Origin: Caldisericota bacterium
GTDB lineage: Bacteria; Caldisericota; Caldisericia; JAAYUI01
NCBI GenBank assembly: GCA_029548865.1
Contig: JAKPMO010000023.1
Location: 11,453 to 75,452, forward strand
Direction of reading: 5' to 3'
Length of the DNA stretch: 64,000 nt
Shown here one piece after another: positions 40,119-52,837 of this stretch. Made by a program: the position numbers and the translations under genes. Every line of letters begins with the position of its first letter. Position 1 is the first letter of the stretch. The notes beneath the pieces were generated by a model. It was not told the DNA's origin and searched no databases. It worked only from the letters and a program-made list of their open reading frames with translations.

Positions 40119-40375
40119 TCCAATCCTCCTTTGGTTCTCTAGTTTACTCCTGGTCTCAAAGTCTTCAAGTGAACATAAACAGGGAGTTCATCCAGAACTC
40201 TTGGAAACAGAAACCTGATTGCTACGAGAAAATATTATATCATTATGTAAATTGATTGTATGTAAATATTTTTTGTTCGAGTTTATTCTTATGGATTGTT
40301 TGCTTATAGAATGAATCTAAACTTTATTAGTAGAAATTAATTTCGTATTGCCAGTGCGTCGCTATTATTATTCTT

Positions 40376-40840
40376 ATGGAAAATATTTTCTGGGTGCTTG
40401 AAAACAGGCTTGCCGGGAGACCAGGCCCTGATGAAGTGCCGTGGGATTTGGGGGAGATATATGGGGCTGGTTTCAGGGCAATGCTCTCCCTGGAAAACAA
40501 TGTTGATCCGGCAGAGATCAAAAATTTTGGTTTTGAACATCTCCTTGCCCCAATGCCTGACGAGATACCGCCTGACAACAACAGTATTTCTGCATACAAA
40601 AGACTCCTTCCTGGTGCTATTGATTTTATTGACGTACAGATTTCAAAAGGGCTTCCCGTGCTTGTTCACTGTCATGCCGGAATGGACAGGACGGGGATGG
40701 CAATCGCTTGTTTTTTGGTGCGGCATCGTGGCATGGCCCCTAAGGAGGCCCTTTCCAAAGTGAGAATGACGAGACCTGTTGCGCTTACCAGCAAAGGTTA
40801 CGAGGCGGCTTATTTTGCTGTGGCCTCATCCCTAATCTAA
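40376..40840 (+). CDS. Dual-specificity / Tyr protein phosphatase
   Basis: VHCHAGMDRTG (CX5R). Confidence 0.92.
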   Translation: MENIFWVLENRLAGRPGPDEVPWDLGEIYGAGFRAMLSLENNVDPAEIKNFGFEHLLAPMPDEIPPDNNSISAYKRLLPGAIDFIDVQISKGLPVLVHCHAGMDRTGMAIACFLVRHRGMAPKEALSKVRMTRPVALTSKGYEAAYFAVASSLI

Positions 40841-40928
40841 TTGTGTTTTGGTTTACCATCGGTATTTACTTCAATGAGGATTGCCATTGGCAGGAACATT
40901 AGATTTGTTTGGCAAGATTTATTTTCAT
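40837..40928 (-). pseudogene. Frameshifted 5' remnant, possibly of a flavin reductase (flavoredoxin) gene
   Basis: SD AAGGAG plus MKINLAK, then in another frame TNLMFLPMAILIEVNTDGKP*, resembling the family's K.LG.....P.P...V.....GKPN start. Confidence 0.35.
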
Positions 40929-41005
40929 CTACAGGATTACTCCTTAAAAGGTAATAAAGATCAATTGTCCTAATAAATTGGAAGCAGATTTTTTTGGCGA
41001 AAAAT

Positions 41006-41605
41006 TTATTTGTTATTGTTTCTTGGTTTGTTGTTGTATTTCCCGTATTTGTTGTAATTTGTCCTGGCGATTGGTGGAAGATCGACCTCCATTTTTATTG
41101 GTTTGAGGTCTTGTTTTTGTTGGTGGTGCTGATGGTGTTGCTGGGGTTTTTGTTGCTGACCCTGGTGTTGTTGTCCACCCTGTTTCCCCTTGAAGTATTT
41201 TTTGTTTTGGTTGCCATACCTGTTTTGTTGGGGCCTGTCTTGTGGTGGTCGCCATTCTTCGCGCTGTGGCGATGAGATACCAGGCCTCCAGCTGAGCATG
41301 TCCTCGTTTCCGCCGGAATGCCTTTGCCTGTCATCTGACATTGGTAGTCTTCGCCTGCCTGGCTGGAAATTTTTTTGATACCATGTGAAGGTGGTTTCAG
41401 ACTCAAGGTAGTCTTCCGCGATCGCTCCCTCATCTCTTCCGATTTCGAGATCAAAGTAGTAAGGAGAGCCCTGGAGTGCCTCAATGCCCTTCTCAGTGAG
41501 CGAGACTTCATTGTCATCGAAATCCTCTATGATTCCCTGAGACATACAATATTCCGCAAAGATCTTTCCCAAATCAGCGATACTTATTTTAAGTTCCGGT
41601 TTCAT
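41006..41605 (-). CDS. Hypothetical protein: wHTH-like N-terminus, Q/N/K-rich disordered C-terminus
   Basis: VSLTEKGIEAL; QQHQGQQQKPQQHHQHHQQ; TTGTCA-16-TATAAT-8-ATG. Confidence 0.75.
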   Translation of the reverse strand: MKPELKISIADLGKIFAEYCMSQGIIEDFDDNEVSLTEKGIEALQGSPYYFDLEIGRDEGAIAEDYLESETTFTWYQKNFQPGRRRLPMSDDRQRHSGGNEDMLSWRPGISSPQREEWRPPQDRPQQNRYGNQNKKYFKGKQGGQQHQGQQQKPQQHHQHHQQKQDLKPIKMEVDLPPIARTNYNKYGKYNNKPRNNNK

Positions 41606-42291
41606 CGCCAGAAATTATATTTGTTTTGTGCCTTTTGACAACATAATAAATTTTGTGGAATATGCTGCAATACCATAAGAACCAGCAAAGTACGATTTAA
41701 AACAACTGTCATGTGAAAATTGGACCATTAAAAATGTTGTTTTCATGCGCTTTGCTAGTGGCAATCGAGCTATTTCTTGTCTTGGGGTATTGACAAACCA
41801 GCAAAAATGTATAAATACAAACTTGTGCTTGAAAACATATCTTTTGCCACAAGAAATTCAATAAGAACTCAAAACAATCACAAAACATCAAAGAACAGCT
41901 CTGGGGAATCCATAAAACACACTTTTATATTGCAAATCTATTGTTTTTTGGCCATCTGCCCAGGAGCAGCTGATTGAAGAAGTTTTGCCAAGAACTCCCT
42001 TCCAGGAGATCTCAATTGAGGATTGGCCTGTCATTTTTACCACCCCGACTCATGGTTAAAACCAACAACCCCAAAATTTGCCTCATATCAGTTTTTGATT
42101 ATGAGCTTTCCCATGTACGAATAAATATAGCCACAGAGAGTGTTTTAAAACATCGAAATATATCGAGGGAGGCATGCCTATAAGGGTATCAAAAGTTTAA
42201 ACCTGATGATCTGGGACAAAACTAGGTAACCTATAAAATAACGATAAATACTAACTCCTCTAGCTGTCATTGTCTCCCTTAATCAAAGGGG

Positions 42292-42319
42292 TTGACAGGG
42301 GGGAGTTTTTTGCTAATAT
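42292..42319 (+). promoter_or_regulatory. Promoter of the 23S-5S unit
   Basis: TTGACA-16nt-TAATAT with TGn extension; boxA-like GCACTTTGAAAA at ~42363. Confidence 0.75.
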
Positions 42320-42357
42320 AGGATTTCGTTACGACTCAGTTGAGTCTGTGACGGCAA

Positions 42358-45418
<3,061 letters not shown>

Positions 45419-45451
45419 CCAAGTTTTTGAAAAATGTTTTTTAAAAAAAGA

Positions 45452-45570
45452 TCTTGGTGACAATGCCGCAGGGGAAACACCCGTTCCCATTTCGAACACG
45501 GAAGTTAAGACCTGCAGGGCTGATGGTACTCGAGGCGCAGGCCTCCGGAAGAGTAAGACGTTGCCAAGGT
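45452..45570 (+). rRNA. rrf: 5S rRNA
   Basis: CACCCGTTCCCATTTCGAACACGGAAGTTAAG, GATGGTACT; terminal helix CTTGG/CCAAG followed by a T tract. Confidence 0.97.
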
Positions 45571-45735
45571 CTTTTTTTTGTTTCTAGGGTTTTTAAAAAC
45601 ACCATCTAAAGATTCAAAAATTCTTCCATATTTTCTCAAATTGCATTCCTATATAGCCATTTAATAATCCTATCTTATCCTTTGGTTTCTCTGATAATTG
45701 TAAAATATCCCCATGAAAGTTGTTTGGGATAAATT

Positions 45736-46026
45736 ATGTCCATAAAAAGAGAGAAGCAGATAATTGGTTTTATGATGGAAATTTATTGTCATGGAAACCA
45801 CAAAATACATGATAATCTTTGCCCTGAGTGCAAACAATTGCTTGATTATGCAAATAAGAAACTTTCCAAGTGTCCTTTTGGCAATTCAAAAACCTCGTGC
45901 AAGAGGTGCAAAGTCCATTGCTATGAAAAGGGAATGAGAGAAAAGGTGCGCAAAGTAATGAAATATGCGGGACCAAAGATGCTTTTGTACCATCCATTTG
46001 CGGCAATTTCACATCTGTTTAAGTAA
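45736..46026 (+). CDS. YgbA / nitrous-oxide-stimulated promoter family protein
   Basis: IYC...H, LCPEC..L..YA, CP, C..C.VHCY, M.YAGP.ML..HP. Confidence 0.88.
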   Translation: MSIKREKQIIGFMMEIYCHGNHKIHDNLCPECKQLLDYANKKLSKCPFGNSKTSCKRCKVHCYEKGMREKVRKVMKYAGPKMLLYHPFAAISHLFK

Positions 46027-46121
46027 CTAGGCTAGTTATCAAGAGTCTTATTGATAATAAAATATACTAGTGTCTGAATATGAATCATTGCAATTTTGGA
46101 AAGTGAAAATAGGGGGCAAAC

Positions 46122-47054
46122 ATGGAAATAGCAACTGTTGAACCGAAAAGAAAAAGTGCTTCAGGTTTGAAGGTCTGGTTTATGGAGGCAAGACCACAAT
46201 ACCTGCTTTTGCCAGTAGTGTTGGTTTTTGTTGGCACTGCAGTTGCTTGGCAAAATGATGGCATGCTGCATATGGGTAATGCCATACTTGCGCTTCTTGG
46301 TCTTGTTCTGTGCCACGTCAGCGTGAATGTCCTAAATGATTATTTTGATTACAAAAGTGGTGTTGATCTCAAAACCATCAAGACGCCTTTTAGCGGTGGT
46401 AGTGGAATACTTCCAGCTGGCCTGCTGAAATCAAAACAGGCCCTCTGGTACGGTTTGATTTGTTTTGTGCTTGCAGTGCCGATAGGCGTGTATTTTTCGA
46501 TTATAAAAGGCTGGCAGCTTCTTCCACTGCTTGCCCTTGGCGCCATTTGCGTCCTTCTTTATACGCAGGTCATTTTGAAGACTGATTTTCCGGAGTGGTC
46601 ACCTGGGATGGGTCTTGGCATTCTGCCAGTTTTGGGCGCCTATTTTGTCCAGACAGGATTTTATTCTTGGCATGCGCTTGTTGCGTCTGTTCCGTCCGGT
46701 CTCCTTGTCCTGAACCTGCTCCTCCTCAATGAATTTCCGGACATCGAAGCTGACAAGATTGCCAACAAGAGGACCCTCCCGATCAGGATCGGTGGAAAAA
46801 ATGCTGCAATAGTTTATTCCGCTTTTGAAATCCTCGTTTACCTTTGGGTCATAGGAGCAGTAATATTTGGCCAGATGCCAGTCTATTGCCTGATTGCCCT
46901 GCTGACCCTGCCGTTTGCCATACATGCCATAAGAGGTTCTTTCAATTACAAGGACTTGAACAAGATATTGCCTGCAATGGGGAGCAACGTCATGGCAGTT
47001 TTGCTTACCCAGGCGCTCATTGGGGTTGGCTATATTCTGGCAGCAGTGCTATAG
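46122..47054 (+). CDS. menA: MenA-like UbiA prenyltransferase
   Basis: NDYFDYKSGVD, SGGSG, NEFPDIEAD...KRTL; multi-TM. Confidence 0.82.
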   Translation: MEIATVEPKRKSASGLKVWFMEARPQYLLLPVVLVFVGTAVAWQNDGMLHMGNAILALLGLVLCHVSVNVLNDYFDYKSGVDLKTIKTPFSGGSGILPAGLLKSKQALWYGLICFVLAVPIGVYFSIIKGWQLLPLLALGAICVLLYTQVILKTDFPEWSPGMGLGILPVLGAYFVQTGFYSWHALVASVPSGLLVLNLLLLNEFPDIEADKIANKRTLPIRIGGKNAAIVYSAFEILVYLWVIGAVIFGQMPVYCLIALLTLPFAIHAIRGSFNYKDLNKILPAMGSNVMAVLLTQALIGVGYILAAVL

Positions 47055-47082
47055 CTATCTAATTAAGAAGGCAAGGACGAAT

Positions 47083-47811
47083 TTGGCTGAAAAAGAAAAG
47101 AAACAAAATGTGAGAAAACCTTTGCACAAGATATTCACTGACATTCCAAATCATTATGATCTTGTAAATCATCTCATAACATGGGGGCTGGACAAAAGGT
47201 GGCGCAAAGCCGCGGCATTAAAATGTTTGTCAAAAAAACCACAGAGAATGCTTGATCTGTGTTGTGGAACTGGGGATTTGGCCCTGACAGTTGCCAGGCT
47301 GGCGGATTATCCAATAGAAATCAGGGGGCTTGATTTCAGCCAGCCAATGCTTGAGATTGCTGCCCAGAAGGCCTCTTCTCTGAAAGGGAAAACTATTGCT
47401 TTTGATCAGGGTGATGCTTCAAAGATGCCGTATGAAAATGGGCACTTTGATTGCGTGAGCAACTCGTTTGGCTTCCGCAACCTGACATACAATAATCCCC
47501 AGTCAAGAGAACACCTCTCTGAAATACTAAGAGTACTTAAGCCAGGTGGCAGGCTCGTTGTTGTTGAGTCGAGCCAGCCAAGATCTTCATTTGTCCGCTT
47601 CTTCTATCACCTATACATGCGATATTATGTGTACTGGGTAGGTGTGATTGTGTCTGGAAACAGGCCGGCCTACAGGTATCTTTCAGAATCTACGATAAAA
47701 TATTATTCCCCACCAGAACTGGAGAAATTGTTGACCAGTGCAGGTTTCAGAGAGGTTAATTACCACCCGATGCTTTTTGGCGCCTCGGGTATATACGAGG
47801 CAATCAAGTAG
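47083..47811 (+). CDS. menG: Demethylmenaquinone methyltransferase (UbiE/MenG)
   Basis: YDLVN...G.DKRWR, LDLCCGTGD, FGFRN, RVLKPGG, AYRYL.ES; start uncertain. Confidence 0.88.
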   Translation: MAEKEKKQNVRKPLHKIFTDIPNHYDLVNHLITWGLDKRWRKAAALKCLSKKPQRMLDLCCGTGDLALTVARLADYPIEIRGLDFSQPMLEIAAQKASSLKGKTIAFDQGDASKMPYENGHFDCVSNSFGFRNLTYNNPQSREHLSEILRVLKPGGRLVVVESSQPRSSFVRFFYHLYMRYYVYWVGVIVSGNRPAYRYLSESTIKYYSPPELEKLLTSAGFREVNYHPMLFGASGIYEAIK

Positions 47812-47884
47812 TCTACTCGCTTTTTTTGTTCCTGTGACAATATCCATTCGTCTTGCGTATCATCTTTTAAAAGGCGGTGGAAAA

Positions 47885-49066
47885 ATGAAAACAAAGGGAA
47901 TCGTTTTTTTGTGCATTCTTCTTGTTGTATCGCCAATCCTGCAGAGTTTTCCTGTAATCTCAATTGCTAGGAGTCAGTATATGCTGGGTGATAGGCCAGT
48001 GCCTGGCCCGCTTCCACCAGACCCAAAAGCATCTGCTCCCGAATCCGACAGACAGATTGATATTGTTTACGGCAAGGCTGGCGATGTTGAGCTCAAGCTT
48101 GATTTTGCAAAACCAAAATTGTGTCACGACCAGAAGGTGCCTCTTGTTGTTCATGTGCATGGTGGTGCCTGGAGGGCCGGAGACAAAAAGGGTGGCATAG
48201 ATTCTGCCGAGTCAAGGATGTTTCTCCAGCTTGGTTTTGCCGTTGCCTCGATCAATTACAGGCTTGCGCCAAGGTATGTTTTTCCAGCCCAGATAAATGA
48301 TTGCAAGTTGGCAATAAGGTTCCTCAGGGCAAATGCGGAGAAATTTGGGATTGATCCTGACAGGATTGGAATACATGGCGGTTCGGCCGGTGGCCATCTG
48401 GTTGCGCTGATGGGACTTGCAAATGATGGCGATGGGCTCGAAGGGCCGGGACTTGAAGGAATTTCGAGCAGAGTGTCTTGCGTTGTTGACTATTTTGGCC
48501 CGTCTGACCTGACTTTTATGACAAAAGAAATCAATGACAAAAAACTCCCAGGCGTGGAGCTCATAAAGGATTTTCTTGGGTGCTACCCCTCCGATTGTCC
48601 AGACAAGGCAACCCAGGCATCGCCGGTCACCTATGCTGATAAAAATGATCCACCAATACTAATCCAGCATGGCAACAAAGATCTCACCGTTCCATACTCA
48701 CAATCGGTCGTGCTTGCCAAAAAGCTTTATGAAAACAATGTTACTTGTGCATTGATAAAGGTCAAAAACGGTGGCCATGGTTTTTCTGGCAAAAATATCC
48801 GGCCATCAAGAGATGAGATAACACTCAAGACTGTCTCCCATATTGCCAGGTTCCTTGAGTCTGCTGTATTTGCCGACCTTGATCTTAACGGAGATATTGA
48901 TTATGCCGATGCTATAGAAATGGCCACATGCTTTGGCGCAGAAGGTACAAATGCCGAAGGCAAAGAGGCGCCAGATTTCTGGAATCCGCTTGCTGACCTT
49001 GTCCCCGATGGGAAAATCGACATGGCAGACTGGGATGCTTTCTGGGACGCATGGCTTGGCAAGTGA
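47885..49066 (+). CDS. Secreted alpha/beta hydrolase (HSL-like esterase) with dockerin-like C-terminus
   Basis: HGGAW, GGSAGGH, HG..D..VP, GH; two DxxxDG.ID..D loops. Confidence 0.88.
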   Translation: MKTKGIVFLCILLVVSPILQSFPVISIARSQYMLGDRPVPGPLPPDPKASAPESDRQIDIVYGKAGDVELKLDFAKPKLCHDQKVPLVVHVHGGAWRAGDKKGGIDSAESRMFLQLGFAVASINYRLAPRYVFPAQINDCKLAIRFLRANAEKFGIDPDRIGIHGGSAGGHLVALMGLANDGDGLEGPGLEGISSRVSCVVDYFGPSDLTFMTKEINDKKLPGVELIKDFLGCYPSDCPDKATQASPVTYADKNDPPILIQHGNKDLTVPYSQSVVLAKKLYENNVTCALIKVKNGGHGFSGKNIRPSRDEITLKTVSHIARFLESAVFADLDLNGDIDYADAIEMATCFGAEGTNAEGKEAPDFWNPLADLVPDGKIDMADWDAFWDAWLGK

Positions 49067-49111
49067 TTTTTGCCTGAGTAGAGCTAGAACCTTGACAAAG
49101 GAGATCACAAC

Positions 49112-49324
49112 ATGAGTTGCTACCTGAGACATCTTGACCATCTTTTTGTGGAGACTGATCTCGACCCTTTGAACAAACAGGACAGAAAAAAATTGGACAT
49201 GGCCATAAGATTGTCCATCGGTCTTATTGATAGTTCATGCAGTGAAGTGTGGGCAAAGATAAAAGAAATAGGGCCTGAGAACAAAGATCTGTTTTTAAAG
49301 GTGAAACAAGAGCTGAACAAATAA
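49112..49324 (+). CDS. Small hypothetical protein
   Basis: SD AAGGAG; MSCY.RH...C..VW..IK. Confidence 0.7.
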   Translation: MSCYLRHLDHLFVETDLDPLNKQDRKKLDMAIRLSIGLIDSSCSEVWAKIKEIGPENKDLFLKVKQELNK

Positions 49325-49409
49325 TTTTTGGGCGTTTCTCATAAAAACACCAGAAGTTTTCTTGTGATTTTGCCTTCAAAACCTTAGAATCCGATTTTTG
49401 GAGGTATAC

Positions 49410-51344
49410 ATGAACTACGACGATCTTGATTACTACCAAAGCCTGGGTTTCAAATCAGGACTTGAGATTCATCAACAGCTAAATACCCAGAAAAAGCTGT
49501 TTTGCCACTGCCCGGTTGGCTACCAGAAGGTGGAGCCGGACGCCAGGATTGTTCGTCACATGAGGCCAACGCTCTCCGAAATGGGCACATACGACGGCAC
49601 GGCACTGATGGAGTTCAAAACCCACAAAGAAGTTGTGTACCTTCTTTATCGTGATTATGTTTGCACATACGAGATGGATGATACGCCACCATTCCCGATA
49701 AACCAGCAGGCACTTGATTACGCAATCGAAATCGCGCTCATGCTCAACTGCCAGCTGGTGGACGAAGTCCATATCACAAGAAAACAGTATCTGGATGGTT
49801 CCATACCAACCGGTTTCCAGAGAACCGCCATCATTGGTGTTGATGGCTGGGTGCCATACAAAGGCAGAAAAATAAGGATACAGCAACTGGCACTTGAAGA
49901 GGATTCCTGCAGGGAAGTTTCCGATATTGGCCACAGGATAGTTTTCAAAACTGACAGGCTCTCAACCCCACTCATTGAGATAGTCACTTATCCCGACATG
50001 AGAACACCCCGGGAGTGTGCAGAGGTCGACGAGCTCCTTGGCAGGCTCCTGAGGGCCTCAGGGCTTGTCAGGCGAGGTATAGGGACTGTCAGGCAGGATG
50101 TCAACAGCTCGATAAATGGAGCACCTAGAATCGAAATTAAGGGTGTTCCGAAAACATGGTACATCCCCAAAATGCTCGACACTGAAGTGAAGAGGCAGAG
50201 AAAACTCCTTGAGATAAAGGAAAAACTTGTTTCTTACGGTCTTGTTCCAAACCAGAAGCTGGATTCTTCGCTCAGGGAGCAGGAGCGCCAGATCGAGCTT
50301 GAAAAGATAAGAAATTCAAATGTGGCAGATGTGACAGACATGCTCCTGAAATCTTCTTCCCCGCAGGTCAAAAATGCGATCTCAAGGGGTGACAAGATTT
50401 GGGCAGTCAAGCTCCCGCAGTTTCATGAAGTATTATCGGCAGAGCTCCAGCCCGGCTGGCAGTTTGCTGATGAATTTGGCGCGAGGGTCAGGGTCATCGC
50501 CTGCATCGACAAGATGCCAAATCTCACCTTCAGATCGGGCAAGCTCCTTTATCCTGGTGACTGGGAACCGATCGCACAAAAACTGAATGCTTATCCAACA
50601 GACGAAATAGTGCTTGTCTGGGGCCCAGAGGCTGACCTGAAAACCGCCGTCAATGAAGTAATACTGAGGGCAGACGAGGCAGTCAGGGGAATACCGGAAG
50701 AAACAAGGCAACACATGCAAGATGGCTACAGGACCGATTTCGAAAGGGTCTTGCCTGGACCAGACCGTATGTATCCGGACACCGATTCTCCGCCAGTCAG
50801 ATTGACCAGGGAGAGGGTTGACCGCATAAGGGCAGACATGGCCCAGCGCCCATGGGAGCGCGAAGAAAAATATGCAAAACTGGGACTTTCCAAGTGCGTT
50901 TCCGACAAGCTGGCGACCCACCAGAGAGCAAAGCTGTTTGACAAGCTTGTTGATTTGGGTATTTTGCCGAAGCTTGCCGCAGAATTGATTGTAGATTGGC
51001 TCACTGATCTCAAGAGACAAAGATTGATTGTCTCCAGGCTGACTGATGACACTGTTATAAAAGTCATGATGGAAGCCAAGGAAAAGGGTCTGCCAAAAGA
51101 AGCAATCAAGAACGAGCTCAAGGCTTTTGCTTCCGATTCCAATTACATTGCAAAGACCCAGTCAATGGCAACAGACTCGGTAATAAAATTCATTGTCGAG
51201 GGTGTTGTAGACAGATCAATGCAGCTCAAGTTCTCTTCAAAAGAGGCTCAGACAAGGTGGGCAAAGGGCCAGGCAATGCAGTCCCTTTATGGCAGGGCCC
51301 ATGGTTCGAAGGTTGCGAAAGTTATTGAAGAGGCGCTTTCATAG
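49410..51344 (+). CDS. gatE: Glu-tRNA(Gln) amidotransferase subunit E
   Basis: GLEIHQQL..KKLFC.CP, DGS...GFQRT, LEED, DRL..PLIEI, RRGIGTVRQDVN.SI, RIEIKGV, insertion domain, PEETR, LPG..RMYPDTD.PP; 644 aa. Confidence 0.9.
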   Translation: MNYDDLDYYQSLGFKSGLEIHQQLNTQKKLFCHCPVGYQKVEPDARIVRHMRPTLSEMGTYDGTALMEFKTHKEVVYLLYRDYVCTYEMDDTPPFPINQQALDYAIEIALMLNCQLVDEVHITRKQYLDGSIPTGFQRTAIIGVDGWVPYKGRKIRIQQLALEEDSCREVSDIGHRIVFKTDRLSTPLIEIVTYPDMRTPRECAEVDELLGRLLRASGLVRRGIGTVRQDVNSSINGAPRIEIKGVPKTWYIPKMLDTEVKRQRKLLEIKEKLVSYGLVPNQKLDSSLREQERQIELEKIRNSNVADVTDMLLKSSSPQVKNAISRGDKIWAVKLPQFHEVLSAELQPGWQFADEFGARVRVIACIDKMPNLTFRSGKLLYPGDWEPIAQKLNAYPTDEIVLVWGPEADLKTAVNEVILRADEAVRGIPEETRQHMQDGYRTDFERVLPGPDRMYPDTDSPPVRLTRERVDRIRADMAQRPWEREEKYAKLGLSKCVSDKLATHQRAKLFDKLVDLGILPKLAAELIVDWLTDLKRQRLIVSRLTDDTVIKVMMEAKEKGLPKEAIKNELKAFASDSNYIAKTQSMATDSVIKFIVEGVVDRSMQLKFSSKEAQTRWAKGQAMQSLYGRAHGSKVAKVIEEALS

Positions 51345-51370
51345 ATTGATTGTTTTTAATCACAACAAAT

Positions 51371-51402
51371 AAAAAGGTCGCAAGATTCTTGCGACCTTTT
51401 TT
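51371..51402. terminator. Bidirectional terminator
   Basis: AAAAAGGTCGCAAG/CTTGCGACCTTTTT. Confidence 0.88.
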
Positions 51403-51434
51403 AATTTTTGCGAGGATTGCGGGGGAATAAACTC

Positions 51435-51917
51435 TTATCTTTTGCTCAAAATCTTTTCCATCTGGCACTGGATTGTTTTGAAACCCAGCTTTTCATAGAG
51501 GGTTTTTGCCTTCCGGTTGAATTCCCAAACATTCAGTTGGACAATATTTATGTCATTTTCCAGTGCCCACTCCTCAACTCTCTTCATCAGGGTAGTTCCA
51601 ACCCCGGAACCCTGGAATTCCTTGCTCACAGCCAGTTCGTTGATACTCACATATGGAACATTGATTAGATCGTCCGGTTCTTCTATTATCATCGCCAGAA
51701 CAAAACCGGCCAGTTTTCCGTTCTCTTTTGCCACAAAAAAACCAATTTCCGGATTTTCAAGCCATTCGTTGAAATCGTCTTCGAGTTGTTCATCCGTGAT
51801 AATCATTGGGTCCATGAGAAACTGTGAACGATTGCCCTCAAGAAGTTCTTCGCCATATCTATGGAGTTTTATGAGTTCTGGGATGTCCCCTGGTTTTGCG
51901 CCGCGCTCTATGTCCAT
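51435..51917 (-). CDS. GNAT acetyltransferase
   Basis: LAV...FQGSGVGT.L, N..A..LYEKLGF. Confidence 0.92.
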   Translation of the reverse strand: MDIERGAKPGDIPELIKLHRYGEELLEGNRSQFLMDPMIITDEQLEDDFNEWLENPEIGFFVAKENGKLAGFVLAMIIEEPDDLINVPYVSINELAVSKEFQGSGVGTTLMKRVEEWALENDINIVQLNVWEFNRKAKTLYEKLGFKTIQCQMEKILSKR

Positions 51918-51956
51918 TTTGCCCTCATTATTGTAGGAAATTCCAAGAAGGAATTA

Positions 51957-52607
51957 TCAGGGTAACCTCTCCAGGAAAAATATCCTGTAATGGTCGTCGA
52001 TTTTTATATGGCGTGTCACTCTTAGTCTTGCTTCTGCAATTTCTTTTGCGAACATCCGCAAATCAGCAAAAAACCTTGTATTTGTTTTGTTTACGAAAGT
52101 TATAGGGTTAAACTCTTCCTTGAATTTTTCAGGGACCCCAAGCATTGTAGCCACCACGATTGTGCCCGTTGTTGTGAGGTTCTCGCGCATTCTTTTCAGG
52201 AGGAAAACCCTGTCTCCCCCTATGATACTTTGGAGGACCTGGTTGGCTATGATCCAGTCGTAGGGAGGGTTTGGATATCCCTTGTGTGTCATAGCATTTG
52301 CAGCAAAGAAAGCCAGGTTTTCTGGTGGATTTTTGGACTGGCATATCCTTATTGCTGTTTCAGAAAGATCGCAGGCCTCAACTTTTACCCCCCGTTTTGC
52401 CAACTCGATTGCAAGCTCCCCGCCACCACAACCAACCTCCAGAATGGTGGCATATTCAGGAAAGATTTGCTCCCTGGCCCATTTGAGAAGGAACCTCTGA
52501 GATACATCAGATTCAATTGGCCACCCAGTGCCACCCTCGCAACAAATCTTTGCGTAGTATGGCTCGTGGTCGTAGTAGTATCTTTTTTGGTCTTTTTTTC
52601 TAGCCAC
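51957..52607 (-). CDS. Class I SAM-dependent methyltransferase
   Basis: ILEVGCGGG, DLSE.AI. Confidence 0.85.
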   Translation of the reverse strand: MARKKDQKRYYYDHEPYYAKICCEGGTGWPIESDVSQRFLLKWAREQIFPEYATILEVGCGGGELAIELAKRGVKVEACDLSETAIRICQSKNPPENLAFFAANAMTHKGYPNPPYDWIIANQVLQSIIGGDRVFLLKRMRENLTTTGTIVVATMLGVPEKFKEEFNPITFVNKTNTRFFADLRMFAKEIAEARLRVTRHIKIDDHYRIFFLERLP

Positions 52608-52837
52608 TACAAACCCTTTCTCTTTTTGTGCAAAAATCCCCTAATACGATTGTATCAATTTGATTCAACAAATGCAAACGCTTATATGTCTTGTGACCAC
52701 AAACCTTCTTTGATAAATTCTTTTGTGGAGAGCCTACAAAGGGTCCCGTTTAATTAAATGGTTGTATATGTGTCAGTTTATGTAGTTTAAATTCAAATTG
52801 TAATTTATCTGATTTTTTTGATTACTTCACCTTTTAC

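Noticed and set aside
40994..41517. Hydrophobic antisense ORF and T/N-rich alternative-frame ORFs
   Set aside because: Shadows of the CAA/CAG-rich low-complexity gene
41606..42290. oriC, ncRNA or small genes in the long intergenic region
   Set aside because: No DnaA-box cluster or recognisable RNA motif; short ORFs lack credible starts
45713..45745. Possible leaderless uORF MKVVWDKLCP overlapping the ygbA-like start
   Set aside because: Too short to distinguish from chance
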